64,000 nucleotides of DNA, from IMG/VR virus record IMGVR_UViG_3300042502_001732, positions 64,001 to 128,000 of that record. One strand, given 5' to 3'. This document shows, in pieces, positions 20,953-28,503 of the stretch. The notes beneath the pieces are model-generated. The model saw only the letters and a list, made by a program, of their open reading frames with translations. It did no database searches and was not told where the DNA came from. Every line of letters starts with the position of its first letter. Position 1 is the stretch's first letter. The translations under genes were made by a program, and so were the position numbers. Origin of the DNA: a virus.

Positions 20953-21348
20953 ATGAAAAACAGAGATCAACTATTATTGACAAATATATATACAAGTTCT
21001 GTTTTGTCAGAAAGTATAACAGCAGCTGTTAAAAAAATTTCAATTGAAAACCTTTTACCAGATAAAGATAACATGGAAGTGGCTGTTGATTCTCTAAGAA
21101 AAGGCATGCGCAGTTCTGATAATAATCCTATATCGGTTTATAAAAATAAAAATAAATATATAGTAGCAGACGGACATCATCGCTTGTTGCAATCCATAAT
21201 CAACGGCGATGAATCCATCAACGCAAAAATCCTTCACTCAGACACACCAGTATCCACAACAGGAACAATCAAATTAGACTTATTCGACGGCGATTACTAT
21301 GGACTGGATTCATCTCTAGAAAACGGATGGTTAATAAAAAGACTATGA
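20953..21348 (+). CDS. ParB/Srx-like domain protein
   Basis: PISV...YIVADGHHRL; N-terminus MKNRDQLLLTNIY...LSE. Confidence 0.75.
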   Translation: MKNRDQLLLTNIYTSSVLSESITAAVKKISIENLLPDKDNMEVAVDSLRKGMRSSDNNPISVYKNKNKYIVADGHHRLLQSIINGDESINAKILHSDTPVSTTGTIKLDLFDGDYYGLDSSLENGWLIKRL

Positions 21349-22199
21349 AAAACGAAGACAGATATTTTTTAGAAGAACTCTATACAGAAATGGCATTGTC
21401 CAATCTACAAACGATTGGCAAATGGCAAGACGATAAAAATAGACACGGATATGACAAAGCATCAGTAGGAATACTATCATCTCCCGCAGGATTAAAAAAA
21501 TTAGAAGACACATTCAACAAAATAGGAGGATGGGACTTTAATCTATATTTCGTAAAATTACCAAACGCATGGAAACAAAGCGAAATGGGACTGGTTGATA
21601 TCAACAACCTACCACAATTAATCAAAGTCGAAGCGGGAAAAGATTTCCCCATGCCAACAGACAGCGAAATAACAATCATATTCACAAACAACGCAGCGGC
21701 AGAAAAAGTACCATTAACACCATGGACAATAGCACACAGAATAGGACATTCTTTCGCAGCAACATTCAGAAGAGGAAACGATAAATCTATACAACACTAT
21801 GATAACGAAATATCAAATATATTAAAAAAATTATTAATGTGTTATAATATAAAACCAGAAGGAAATCTGTTATACTCCCAAGCTTATTATATAAGAGATC
21901 TATTTCAAAAAATAGGAAAGTTCCGTAGTGCTAGAATGGGTAAATTAAATCGCCCAGCAGAATTCTATCACGAAGCGTTCTCGTATTGGTTATTACACGA
22001 TGGAGAACTAAACTTCAATGATCCCCCACAATCACTGATAGACAGCAACAAACAAGCATGGGGAACACCAGTGGGTATGAATTATAGATTACAAGATGCA
22101 GAAACAGCAGAAGACTTATTATATCAATTAAAATATGAATTAGAAGAGAAATTCAATTATATGATAGGAAGACACATCGGCACAACGTCGATTATGTGA
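21345..22199 (+). CDS. hypothetical protein with degenerate zincin motif
   Basis: AHRIGH in place of HExxH, downstream EFYHEAF; N-terminus MKNEDRYFLEELYTE. Confidence 0.65.
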   Translation: MKNEDRYFLEELYTEMALSNLQTIGKWQDDKNRHGYDKASVGILSSPAGLKKLEDTFNKIGGWDFNLYFVKLPNAWKQSEMGLVDINNLPQLIKVEAGKDFPMPTDSEITIIFTNNAAAEKVPLTPWTIAHRIGHSFAATFRRGNDKSIQHYDNEISNILKKLLMCYNIKPEGNLLYSQAYYIRDLFQKIGKFRSARMGKLNRPAEFYHEAFSYWLLHDGELNFNDPPQSLIDSNKQAWGTPVGMNYRLQDAETAEDLLYQLKYELEEKFNYMIGRHIGTTSIM

Positions 22200-22203
22200 T
22201 CGG

Positions 22204-22405
22204 GCCTTATACAAAAAACCTATAAAAATATAAAAAAAAATATTTTAATAAAAATTGGCCTTATATAAAAACCTACAAAAAATACAAAAAATATTTTATA
22301 TAGTAAAAAAGCCTTATAGTAAAACTTACAAAAAATACAAAAAATATTTTAATAGTAAAAAAGCCTTATATAAAAAACTTACAAAAAATACAAAAAATAT
22401 TTTTC
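22204..22405. repeat. four tandem ~53-bp A-tract repeats (origin- or terminus-like)
   Basis: GCCTTATA...AAAACYTAYAAAAATAYAAAAAATATTTT starting at 22204, 22258, 22311, 22363. Confidence 0.85.
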
Positions 22406-22421
22406 CATGGCCCCCCCTTTC

Positions 22422-22470
22422 AAAAAAAACCTACCAGCGTGTAGAAGCAAATTCTAACACGCTGGTAGGT
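22422..22470 (-). terminator. long-stem terminator closing the leftward early gene block
   Basis: 14-bp perfect arms ACCTACCAGCGTGT / ACACGCTGGTAGGT followed by U8 on the minus strand. Confidence 0.8.
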
Positions 22471-22501
22471 ATGGTTGTATGTTATTCTAGTTTCTTACTA
22501 C

Positions 22502-22729
22502 TCAGTAGTCAGCTAACTCACCGAATTCCTCTTCGACGAACTCTCGTGCGAACTCTCTGGCAGCGTCAGTGACTTCAGCAGCTAGGTCATAGCCGTTGTC
22601 GATCATCTCTTCGATCTCGTCGATGTAGTCGCAAAGTGATGCCGTGTCTGGCAGGTCTGATAGACTCATCATGGTGATGGCTTCGACTTCACGATTGATA
22701 ATGTTGATTGCTTTTTGTCTGTTTGTCAT
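22502..22729 (-). CDS. small acidic early protein
   Basis: About 20 D/E in 75 aa; own motif-1 promoter. Confidence 0.7.
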   Translation of the reverse strand: MTNRQKAINIINREVEAITMMSLSDLPDTASLCDYIDEIEEMIDNGYDLAAEVTDAAREFAREFVEEEFGELADY

Positions 22730-22812
22730 GGCAAGGTTATGATAATCTAGTTTTTAACTGGTGATTGGCAAGCAGGAGACGATCAATCTCCCACTTGCCT
22801 TTACCATGCTAC

Positions 22813-22890
22813 CTATTGAAACATTTGAATGACTACAACCATCCAGATGGCAAGGTTGAGTCCAATGACGATACCGAGTAATTCTTTCAT
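22813..22890 (-). CDS. 25-aa hydrophobic peptide MKELLGIVIGLNLAIWMVVVIQMFQ
   Basis: Hand-translated; below ORF-track cutoff; flanked by hairpins. Confidence 0.45.
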   Translation of the reverse strand: MKELLGIVIGLNLAIWMVVVIQMFQ

Positions 22891-22904
22891 GATGTTAAGA
22901 TATG

Positions 22905-22977
22905 TTGTCGCCCCCTCAACTTTCTACTGCGTTGCTACGGGATCTTGTGAGTAGGGGAAACCACCCCAGGGCGACAA
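22905..22977 (-). ncRNA. structured RNA element / leader
   Basis: TTGTCGCCC/GGGCGACAA closing stem enclosing GGGG/CCCC and CTACT/AGTAG hairpins; begins right after a motif-1 -10 box. Confidence 0.5.
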
Positions 22978-22997
22978 AAGGATTATGTTCTAGTTTT

Positions 22998-23198
22998 TTA
23001 CTGGTGGCCAGAGTAGTTTACTGGTTCGTCAGAGTCAACCTTGACGCACCAGCACTTCTTGGCTGTTTTCTTCTGGTAGTCAGTCCATGGCTTTGGGCCA
23101 AAGGCAGCTTCCCAAGCTGCCTTTTCTGTTGGGCCATCGCCCAGATTGCAATGTCGAAGGCAATTGATGCCCGATTGTCCTTTGATGATGTATTTCAT
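22998..23198 (-). CDS. small early protein
   Basis: Motif-1 promoter; TAA stop lies inside the next motif. Confidence 0.65.
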   Translation of the reverse strand: MKYIIKGQSGINCLRHCNLGDGPTEKAAWEAAFGPKPWTDYQKKTAKKCWCVKVDSDEPVNYSGHQ

Positions 23199-23223
23199 GG
23201 CGAAACTATTATGATCTAGTTTT

Positions 23224-23445
23224 TTACTGGTTGACTTTAGCTTCCCAGTTGAAAATGTCGGCTTGACTGATCTTGATGCCGTGCTTGTAAAACAAGTGGG
23301 ACAACGCGAGTCGGCTCATGCCTTTCTTGCGGCACACTCTGATTGCCTTTCGATAAGGCTCACAGCGCTTCACAAAGGGAGCGGTGCGGCGTGGCATCGG
23401 AGTGTTGATGATTTGATTTGAGATGTGTGCGGATGATAGTTTCAT
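23224..23445 (-). CDS. small basic HTH-like protein
   Basis: GMSRLALSHLF...ISQADIFNWE resembles an XRE helix-turn-helix. Confidence 0.5.
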   Translation of the reverse strand: MKLSSAHISNQIINTPMPRRTAPFVKRCEPYRKAIRVCRKKGMSRLALSHLFYKHGIKISQADIFNWEAKVNQ

Positions 23446-23484
23446 AGTAGTGGTGTGGTATTGGAATGATATTCTAGTTTTTTA

Positions 23485-23694
23485 TTAGTTAAATCGGCAA
23501 ACCTCTTCAAAAATTCCTTCGTTGTTTTGGACATAAAAGGAACAATCGAGCATTTCCATTTCGTCGTCCACTTCGTCTTCCATTGGAGGGCCAAACTCAA
23601 TCACATCGCAAATTGGAGTGAAGTGAAGCTCCTTGTGCTTGTCGATGTAGCAAAGGAACAAATTGTCTACTGTGTAATCTTCTAGTGTATTCAT
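23485..23694 (-). CDS. small acidic early protein
   Basis: Start MNTLEDY after motif 1; stop inside the next motif. Confidence 0.65.
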   Translation of the reverse strand: MNTLEDYTVDNLFLCYIDKHKELHFTPICDVIEFGPPMEDEVDDEMEMLDCSFYVQNNEGIFEEVCRFN

Positions 23695-23719
23695 GGTATT
23701 GGAATGATATTCTAGTTTT

Positions 23720-23923
23720 TTAATACTCCCATTCTGGCTCGTATCCATCAGCGAAACGATCTTCGTATGCCGCATCGAGCCATGCGTCTTCGTTGCCCTC
23801 GTTGGTGAGGTCATAGGGAAGCAGGTCGTCTTGCAGATTGTAATGGGGATCATACAATGCTTCATCGCCGTATTCTTCAACAAAGACATTGTATGGGATG
23901 GTATCGGGTTCAATAGTATTCAT
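23720..23923 (-). CDS. extremely acidic small protein (DNA-mimic candidate)
   Basis: 20 D/E versus 1 R and 0 K in 67 aa; Tyr-rich. Confidence 0.7.
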   Translation of the reverse strand: MNTIEPDTIPYNVFVEEYGDEALYDPHYNLQDDLLPYDLTNEGNEDAWLDAAYEDRFADGYEPEWEY

Positions 23924-23956
23924 GGTAGTGTTAGGATAATTTAGTTTCTTACTGGT

Positions 23957-24092
23957 GATCCTTTAGGCGGATCAATCCATCGCTTTTCTGGCAAGCCGAT
24001 TGCCACGCACCGCCACGCTCTCCGTTGCGGCTTTTCTCTTGTGCCTATTTGATCGGTCGGCTTCCGTGTTCCTACTATGCGGGAACCTAACG
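23957..24092 (-). ncRNA. putative structured small RNA cassette
   Basis: Lies between two motif-1 copies with no usable minus-strand ORF from the promoter; nested stems GTTCC/GGAAC, AAGCCGA/TCGGCTT, GCAC/GTGC, GCCGC/GTGGC, GATCC/GGATC. Confidence 0.5.
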
Positions 24093-24122
24093 CAAATTCA
24101 TCATAACCTAGTTTTTAACTGG

Positions 24123-24242
24123 TCAGATTTCGATGATGTCATCGTCATCGGCATAGGGATAAATCCCAGTATCGGGATCGTAAAGATCACCGAAAACGAT
24201 TTGCAATTCCAAGGTATCAAGTAGGGCGAGTAGGTCAATCAT
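24123..24242 (-). CDS. 39-aa acidic peptide MIDLLALLDTLELQIVFGDLYDPDTGIYPYADDDDIIEI
   Basis: Fills one motif-1 cassette exactly. Confidence 0.6.
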   Translation of the reverse strand: MIDLLALLDTLELQIVFGDLYDPDTGIYPYADDDDIIEI

Positions 24243-24286
24243 GGCAGGGTCATCATAACCTAGTTTTTAACTAGTGGATTTGAGAT

Positions 24287-24321
24287 AAAAAAAGGGGAGA
24301 GTGAAAAATCACTCTCCCCTT
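24287..24321 (-). terminator. intrinsic terminator
   Basis: AGGGGAGAGTGA/TCACTCTCCCCT stem plus U-run on the minus strand. Confidence 0.8.
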
Positions 24322-24329
24322 GTGGATTG

Positions 24330-24605
24330 TTATGCGTTGGCTTTTGCCGCTTCCATTTCCGCGATCATCGCCTTGAGGCGTTCGATCTTGGCCGCAGTTT
24401 TGGTTTCAGCGCGTCCGTTGTGGATTGCCTTGGACTCGACCTCAAAAAGGTCAACGCCATCGGGAGTGAAGCGGTGGGACATTGCCACTTCGACAATGAC
24501 GCGCAATGCTTCGCCGTCATTCTTCAACTCAAATTCCTCTTTCAAGGATTGGATGAAGTCTTTGTCGCGGAGGGTGGGAACGATAGGATGCTGTTTATTT
24601 TTCAT
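24330..24605 (-). CDS. small protein, ribbon-helix-helix-like N-terminus plus coiled coil
   Basis: Motif-1 promoter; ..FIQSLKEEFELKNDGEALRVIVE. Confidence 0.6.
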   Translation of the reverse strand: MKNKQHPIVPTLRDKDFIQSLKEEFELKNDGEALRVIVEVAMSHRFTPDGVDLFEVESKAIHNGRAETKTAAKIERLKAMIAEMEAAKANA

Positions 24606-24722
24606 AGCAAGGTCAGTGTATTCTAGTTTCTAACTGGTCTCAACCTTTCAGGCAGGTATCATTCCATCAATCTTCTTGGCGATTGATTGCCGTTTGGTGC
24701 TGGCATCATCATAACCTAGTTT

Positions 24723-24800
24723 CTAATTAGTCATTGCAAATTCATCAATGAATGTTTCGAGAATGTCACTAGGTGCTTCAATGCTTATTGCGATAATCAT
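24723..24800 (-). CDS. 25-aa peptide MIIAISIEAPSDILETFIDEFAMTN
   Basis: Fills one cassette; stop inside the motif. Confidence 0.45.
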   Translation of the reverse strand: MIIAISIEAPSDILETFIDEFAMTN

Positions 24801-24900
24801 GCGGTTAAATTTTATTTTAGTTTTTTATTAGTCTGGTGTATTTTTTAACTTATTATGAATAGATTGTTATGGTTAAGATTCCAGATTGGAATAAAAAGAT

Positions 24901-24943
24901 TCCGCTGGAGGATAATAATAACACAAAATTATCCTCCAGCGGA
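24901..24943. other. 16-bp perfect inverted repeat
   Basis: TCCGCTGGAGGATAAT / ATTATCCTCCAGCGGA. Confidence 0.8.
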
Positions 24944-24991
24944 TTTTACCACGATACTACACCTATAAAAAATTATATGATTTTAGGGAAA

Positions 24992-25216
24992 TTAGTCACA
25001 AAACAATCCCTTGCGTATCTTTCTTTTGCGATTCTTTGAAGGGGTATTTGCACAAGGCTTGAGCAAGCGCATAGGATTTTTGGATTTGACTGCTGTTAAA
25101 ATCCCGTGGATGAAGTATCCAAGGATTAGAATTGTTGTGAATCCAATTGAAAACCACACATAAAATGTGATGAATGTTTCGATTGTGAAGAATGATGTTG
25201 TTAGATATTCAATCAT
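24992..25216 (-). CDS. small membrane protein with basic tail
   Basis: TM helix; consensus sigma70 promoter directly upstream. Confidence 0.6.
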   Translation of the reverse strand: MIEYLTTSFFTIETFITFYVWFSIGFTTILILGYFIHGILTAVKSKNPMRLLKPCANTPSKNRKRKIRKGLFCD

Positions 25217-25222
25217 AATTTG

Positions 25223-25250
25223 ATTATATAATAAAGTTATTGATTGTCAA
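25223..25250 (-). promoter_or_regulatory. sigma70-type promoter giving a leaderless mRNA
   Basis: TTGACA-16 nt-TATAAT-6 nt-ATG. Confidence 0.75.
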
Positions 25251-25614
25251 GAGAGTTGCATTGGTAGCCAAGGAATTAGTTATATGAAACGAACGCAAGA
25301 GATTTTCCTTGGCTACCTTTGCAAAATTATCGTATACCAGCAAGCGCATCAGCCACTATGCGTTTTATCAGACTTAATAATGTATGTAGAACTCACAAAG
25401 TTGTGATGACAAACTGATTATATTATCATCGCAACTTTATAAACATCATTTTATCATTTACCAGATGAGATTACTTCGTGTGTTTTGGGATTGATCATTC
25501 TCACCAGATAGTCAATGATGAATTGAGTTGAGTCTTCTCCTATTGGATGGCTACCTAGTTGGTTGCCCATGCGATAAGTTAGATAGTTTTCGTGGATGGT
25601 AAAGACTAGATGGT

Positions 25615-25920
25615 TCATTGTTTGGAATGTTTGATGTGAAAAGCCACAAAGTCTTCTGCGAGATTATCAATTAGTTCTTCAACAAAAGCACTGGCATCAT
25701 CCATTGGGTGAAGTTCAAACTTTGAAACCGCATCCCAAACTTCGATTTGCTTTTGATCTTCCTGCTGTTCTGATGTGCTGTATTCATCAGCGAGCAAAGC
25801 GAGAGAGAGTCTTTCAGCACTCCAATCTTTGGGCCATTTGGAAAGGAAATGACCTGCGGCGATTAGGTATGCTTCGGCGTGGAGGGGATTGTTAGTGTCG
25901 AGGAGGATGTAGTCTTGCAT
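25615..25920 (-). CDS. hypothetical acidic early protein
   Basis: 101 aa ORF in a tightly packed leftward run. Confidence 0.65.
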   Translation of the reverse strand: MQDYILLDTNNPLHAEAYLIAAGHFLSKWPKDWSAERLSLALLADEYSTSEQQEDQKQIEVWDAVSKFELHPMDDASAFVEELIDNLAEDFVAFHIKHSKQ

Positions 25921-25929
25921 GGCGTGAGG

Positions 25930-26148
25930 TTAGTTGTTTTGGGATTGCTTGTCAACAAGTTCTTTCGCGATTTCTTCTTTGAGGTCTTCCAGTAGATCAA
26001 TGAAGTCAGAGAGTTCATCGTCCATAAGAAACATAGGAAGAATGCGGTCAATGATTGGTTCAGCAGGAAGCTCCCTTGTCAATTCGTAGTAACGCTTGAG
26101 TTTACAAGTATCGTGTGCGAACTCACCGATTTGTTTGATTGGTTGCAT
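25930..26148 (-). CDS. hypothetical early protein
   Basis: 72 aa, MQPI start. Confidence 0.6.
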   Translation of the reverse strand: MQPIKQIGEFAHDTCKLKRYYELTRELPAEPIIDRILPMFLMDDELSDFIDLLEDLKEEIAKELVDKQSQNN

Positions 26149-26150
26149 GG

Positions 26151-26312
26151 TTATTGTTCGATGAGGTTATTTTGTTTACAAAACTCGGCAATTACACCAT
26201 TCATCTCCGTAAGAAAGTCGGAGATCATGAGTTCCTTGTCGAATGAGACTTCGTTGCCTTCGATGCAATATAAAAGGTCAACTTGGATTGTGGGTGGATT
26301 GATTGGTTGCAT
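26151..26312 (-). CDS. 53-aa acidic protein (MQPINPPTIQ...)
   Basis: Hand-translated; fills the gap exactly. Confidence 0.55.
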   Translation of the reverse strand: MQPINPPTIQVDLLYCIEGNEVSFDKELMISDFLTEMNGVIAEFCKQNNLIEQ

Positions 26313-26317
26313 GGTGA

Positions 26318-26482
26318 TTAGTCGTCAGCGTGGTGAGTTTCCATTAGTTCAGCAAGATAGCCGCGAATTTCATCAGCGGTTTCGCTTTCTCCTCCAGAGT
26401 ATTCGTTAACAAGATCGAGAGCTTGATTGGCGATTTCCTCAAGGGCTTCAATTGTGTTTAGTAGTTTTTCGATTGTGGTCAT
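26318..26482 (-). CDS. 54-aa acidic helical protein (MTTIEKLLNTIE...)
   Basis: Hand-translated; motif-1 promoter. Confidence 0.6.
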   Translation of the reverse strand: MTTIEKLLNTIEALEEIANQALDLVNEYSGGESETADEIRGYLAELMETHHADD

Positions 26483-26520
26483 GTCAATAGTATAGTTTAG
26501 TTTCTTATTAGTGAAAGTGT

Positions 26521-26618
26521 GCTCCCCGCTAGGAGTCGAACCTAGGCTTCCAAGCTATCAGCAAAGCTATCCATGGTTTGCTTTGCTTTAGTGTTTGGTG
26601 TGCCAGCGCATCGGGGAG
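26521..26618 (-). ncRNA. tRNA-like RNA with abnormal D and anticodon arms
   Basis: Acceptor CTCCCCG/CGGGGAG; T-arm CTAGG-TTCGACT-CCTAG; long AGCAAAGC/GCTTTGCT arm; motif-1 promoter immediately upstream. Confidence 0.7.
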
Positions 26619-26645
26619 GTGAGCTTATTGTAAGTTAGTTTTTTA

Positions 26646-27128
26646 TTAGACGCTGGCAGGAATTTCTTCGTCCTCGTCGTATTCGACAAAGTTAAAGTTT
26701 TCTTTTGCAAACTCCGTGACATCAGCATCATCGACTTGGTTGTCGTCAATTTGACCTTCGGAGATGATAGCAGTCCCAGCAAACCAGCAACCGCTCTCAA
26801 AGTAGTCCAGCGTGAATTGATCGTTTGGAAACATTTCAGACAAAGCGGCAATGGCTTGAAGTGGTGGACTCCAAGCAGTCATAAAGGTTGCTTGAAAGTC
26901 TGCGATCTCGGAGATGAGTTGGTCAGCAACTTCACGCTGCTCTTCTTCGCTCAAGTCCCATTTGGTTCCCCAGTTTTCAAGTCTCCAATCATACCATCCA
27001 TTGCCCTCAAGCAATTCGGGTGGCGTGGGTTTGATCTTCTCAAAAGAAAGACCATTTTCTTTTAGATAGCTTTCCAATTCTGGACTGCAATCCATGATCG
27101 ACAATTTGTTTTCGCACCAGTTAGGCAT
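26646..27128 (-). CDS. YubB/DUF1281 ferredoxin-like domain protein
   Basis: MPNWCEN...WYDWRLENWGTKWD...F.TAWSPP. Confidence 0.8.
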   Translation of the reverse strand: MPNWCENKLSIMDCSPELESYLKENGLSFEKIKPTPPELLEGNGWYDWRLENWGTKWDLSEEEQREVADQLISEIADFQATFMTAWSPPLQAIAALSEMFPNDQFTLDYFESGCWFAGTAIISEGQIDDNQVDDADVTEFAKENFNFVEYDEDEEIPASV

Positions 27129-27153
27129 AGTAGTAGTATAGTTTAGTTTCTTA

Positions 27154-27402
27154 TTAGTTGATCTTCATCAAAGAAAGAAGTTTCAATGTGATTGGCTTTT
27201 CAGCAACATGGAAGAAGAAACCATATTCCAAAACCTCAATGTCGCCATCGACTTCGGCAAGAGAAATATAGTCATCGCCGTGATTATCAGCAACGAATGG
27301 GCCTTCGTCATCATAGCCGATAAAGTAAAGCGTATCGTTTAGATCGACAGCATAAGCGTCACCAAGTTCTTCGTGTAGTTGTTCAAGTGTGGTTGTTTGC
27401 AT
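27154..27402 (-). CDS. small acidic early protein
   Basis: Exactly fills a motif-1 cassette. Confidence 0.65.
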   Translation of the reverse strand: MQTTTLEQLHEELGDAYAVDLNDTLYFIGYDDEGPFVADNHGDDYISLAEVDGDIEVLEYGFFFHVAEKPITLKLLSLMKIN

Positions 27403-27419
27403 GTTGTTAGTAGTATAGT

Positions 27420-27515
27420 TTAGTTTCTTATTAGTGTATGGGAGTATCTCAAGTCTTCTTCGCTGTTGAAGGTGATGAAGTATTCAATTTCGGTCATATT
27501 AGGGTAGTTTGACAT
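27420..27515 (-). pseudogene. truncated copy of 33441-33641
   Basis: MTEIEYFITFNSEED matches MTEMEYFITFNSEED, then runs into motif 1. Confidence 0.55.
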
Positions 27516-27762
27516 GGTATTAGTGGTGGTATTTGTATTAGAGGAGATTGTGATCAATGTAGTCTTGAATGGATGGAATGCTTTCCATGTATTGCTGCAG
27601 ATCAGCAATAATATCATCTAGATTCTCGCGGTTGTGAGTGTGGGGGCAACCAAGGTTGTTGTTGACAAGCTTGAGGATTTGCTCTGCGATTTCTTCGTGG
27701 GTTGGGTAGTGTTTCATATTGTTGCTTATATGGCTTTAGTGTAGGTTAGGAGTTGGGGTTAG

Positions 27763-27951
27763 TCAAATTTTTTCTGCATCCAAGTCGATGCCGTCATAGT
27801 CAACCCAGAAAGATCCTTCGATGTAGGAGCTTTCTTTGGGCAAAGGTCTTTCATCTTGTTCCGCGAGTTCAATCGCATCTTGCAATGATTCAGCTTCAAT
27901 TTCCATGTATCCGTAAGATTCCCAGACACAGGGGATTTTGTATGTTTTCAT
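27763..27951 (-). CDS. small acidic protein (V/IEAES..DAIE.A family)
   Basis: Motif-1 promoter. Confidence 0.65.
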   Translation of the reverse strand: MKTYKIPCVWESYGYMEIEAESLQDAIELAEQDERPLPKESSYIEGSFWVDYDGIDLDAEKI

Positions 27952-28148
27952 GTTGTTAGTAGTATAGTTTAGTTTCTTATTAGTCTACGAGAAACCTGCG
28001 CTTCCATTGTGATTCTTGCACTTGTTTATCAAGCCAAGATTGTTGTTGAAAGATGCGGATTCCATACACAGGTTTTTGTTTTGTAAAAAACAATGATATG
28101 ATTTGGTCGAGTAGCTTCATGTTGTTATGATAGTTTAGTTTTTTATTA

Positions 28149-28499
28149 TTACCTTGCATTTAGAGCATACACAAGTCGGTTGTTAATAATGACACCATCG
28201 GCTTTGTCAATATACTTTGTTCCATCAAAGAATCTTTCTTTTAGATATGGATTGTATCCTACGATTTGGTATTGATGTTGAGTGGGATCAAGTTCATTGG
28301 TAGGTTCTCCAATAATAAATGCGTGGACATTTTTCCTCTTTTGTTGCAACACTCTTTGTCTTCCTGCTTCACTCACCTTGAATGAAACATTCTTGAGATG
28401 TATTGCATCAACATGACGCATGACTTTCCACACGCCATTGACTTTCTCTTGAACACTCAAGCGTTTTTTATGTAGATTGTAGTAGACGCGAACATTCAT
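28149..28499 (-). CDS. conserved phage hypothetical protein
   Basis: VYYNLHK...FKVSEAGRQRVL..KRKNVHAF. Confidence 0.75.
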   Translation of the reverse strand: MNVRVYYNLHKKRLSVQEKVNGVWKVMRHVDAIHLKNVSFKVSEAGRQRVLQQKRKNVHAFIIGEPTNELDPTQHQYQIVGYNPYLKERFFDGTKYIDKADGVIINNRLVYALNAR

Positions 28500-28503
28500 A
28501 AGT

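Noticed and set aside
22255-22572. 105-aa Lys-rich ORF on the + strand
   Set aside because: It is a translation of the A-tract tandem repeat and terminator
23695-23913. N-terminal extension of ORF 23485-23913
   Set aside because: Overlaps the real acidic ORF 23720-23923 and crosses motif 1; true start is 23694
22485-24830. CRISPR array (regularly spaced repeats)
   Set aside because: Repeats are degenerate, non-palindromic and under 25 nt; spacers are 90-360 bp and mostly ORFs; no cas genes in the window
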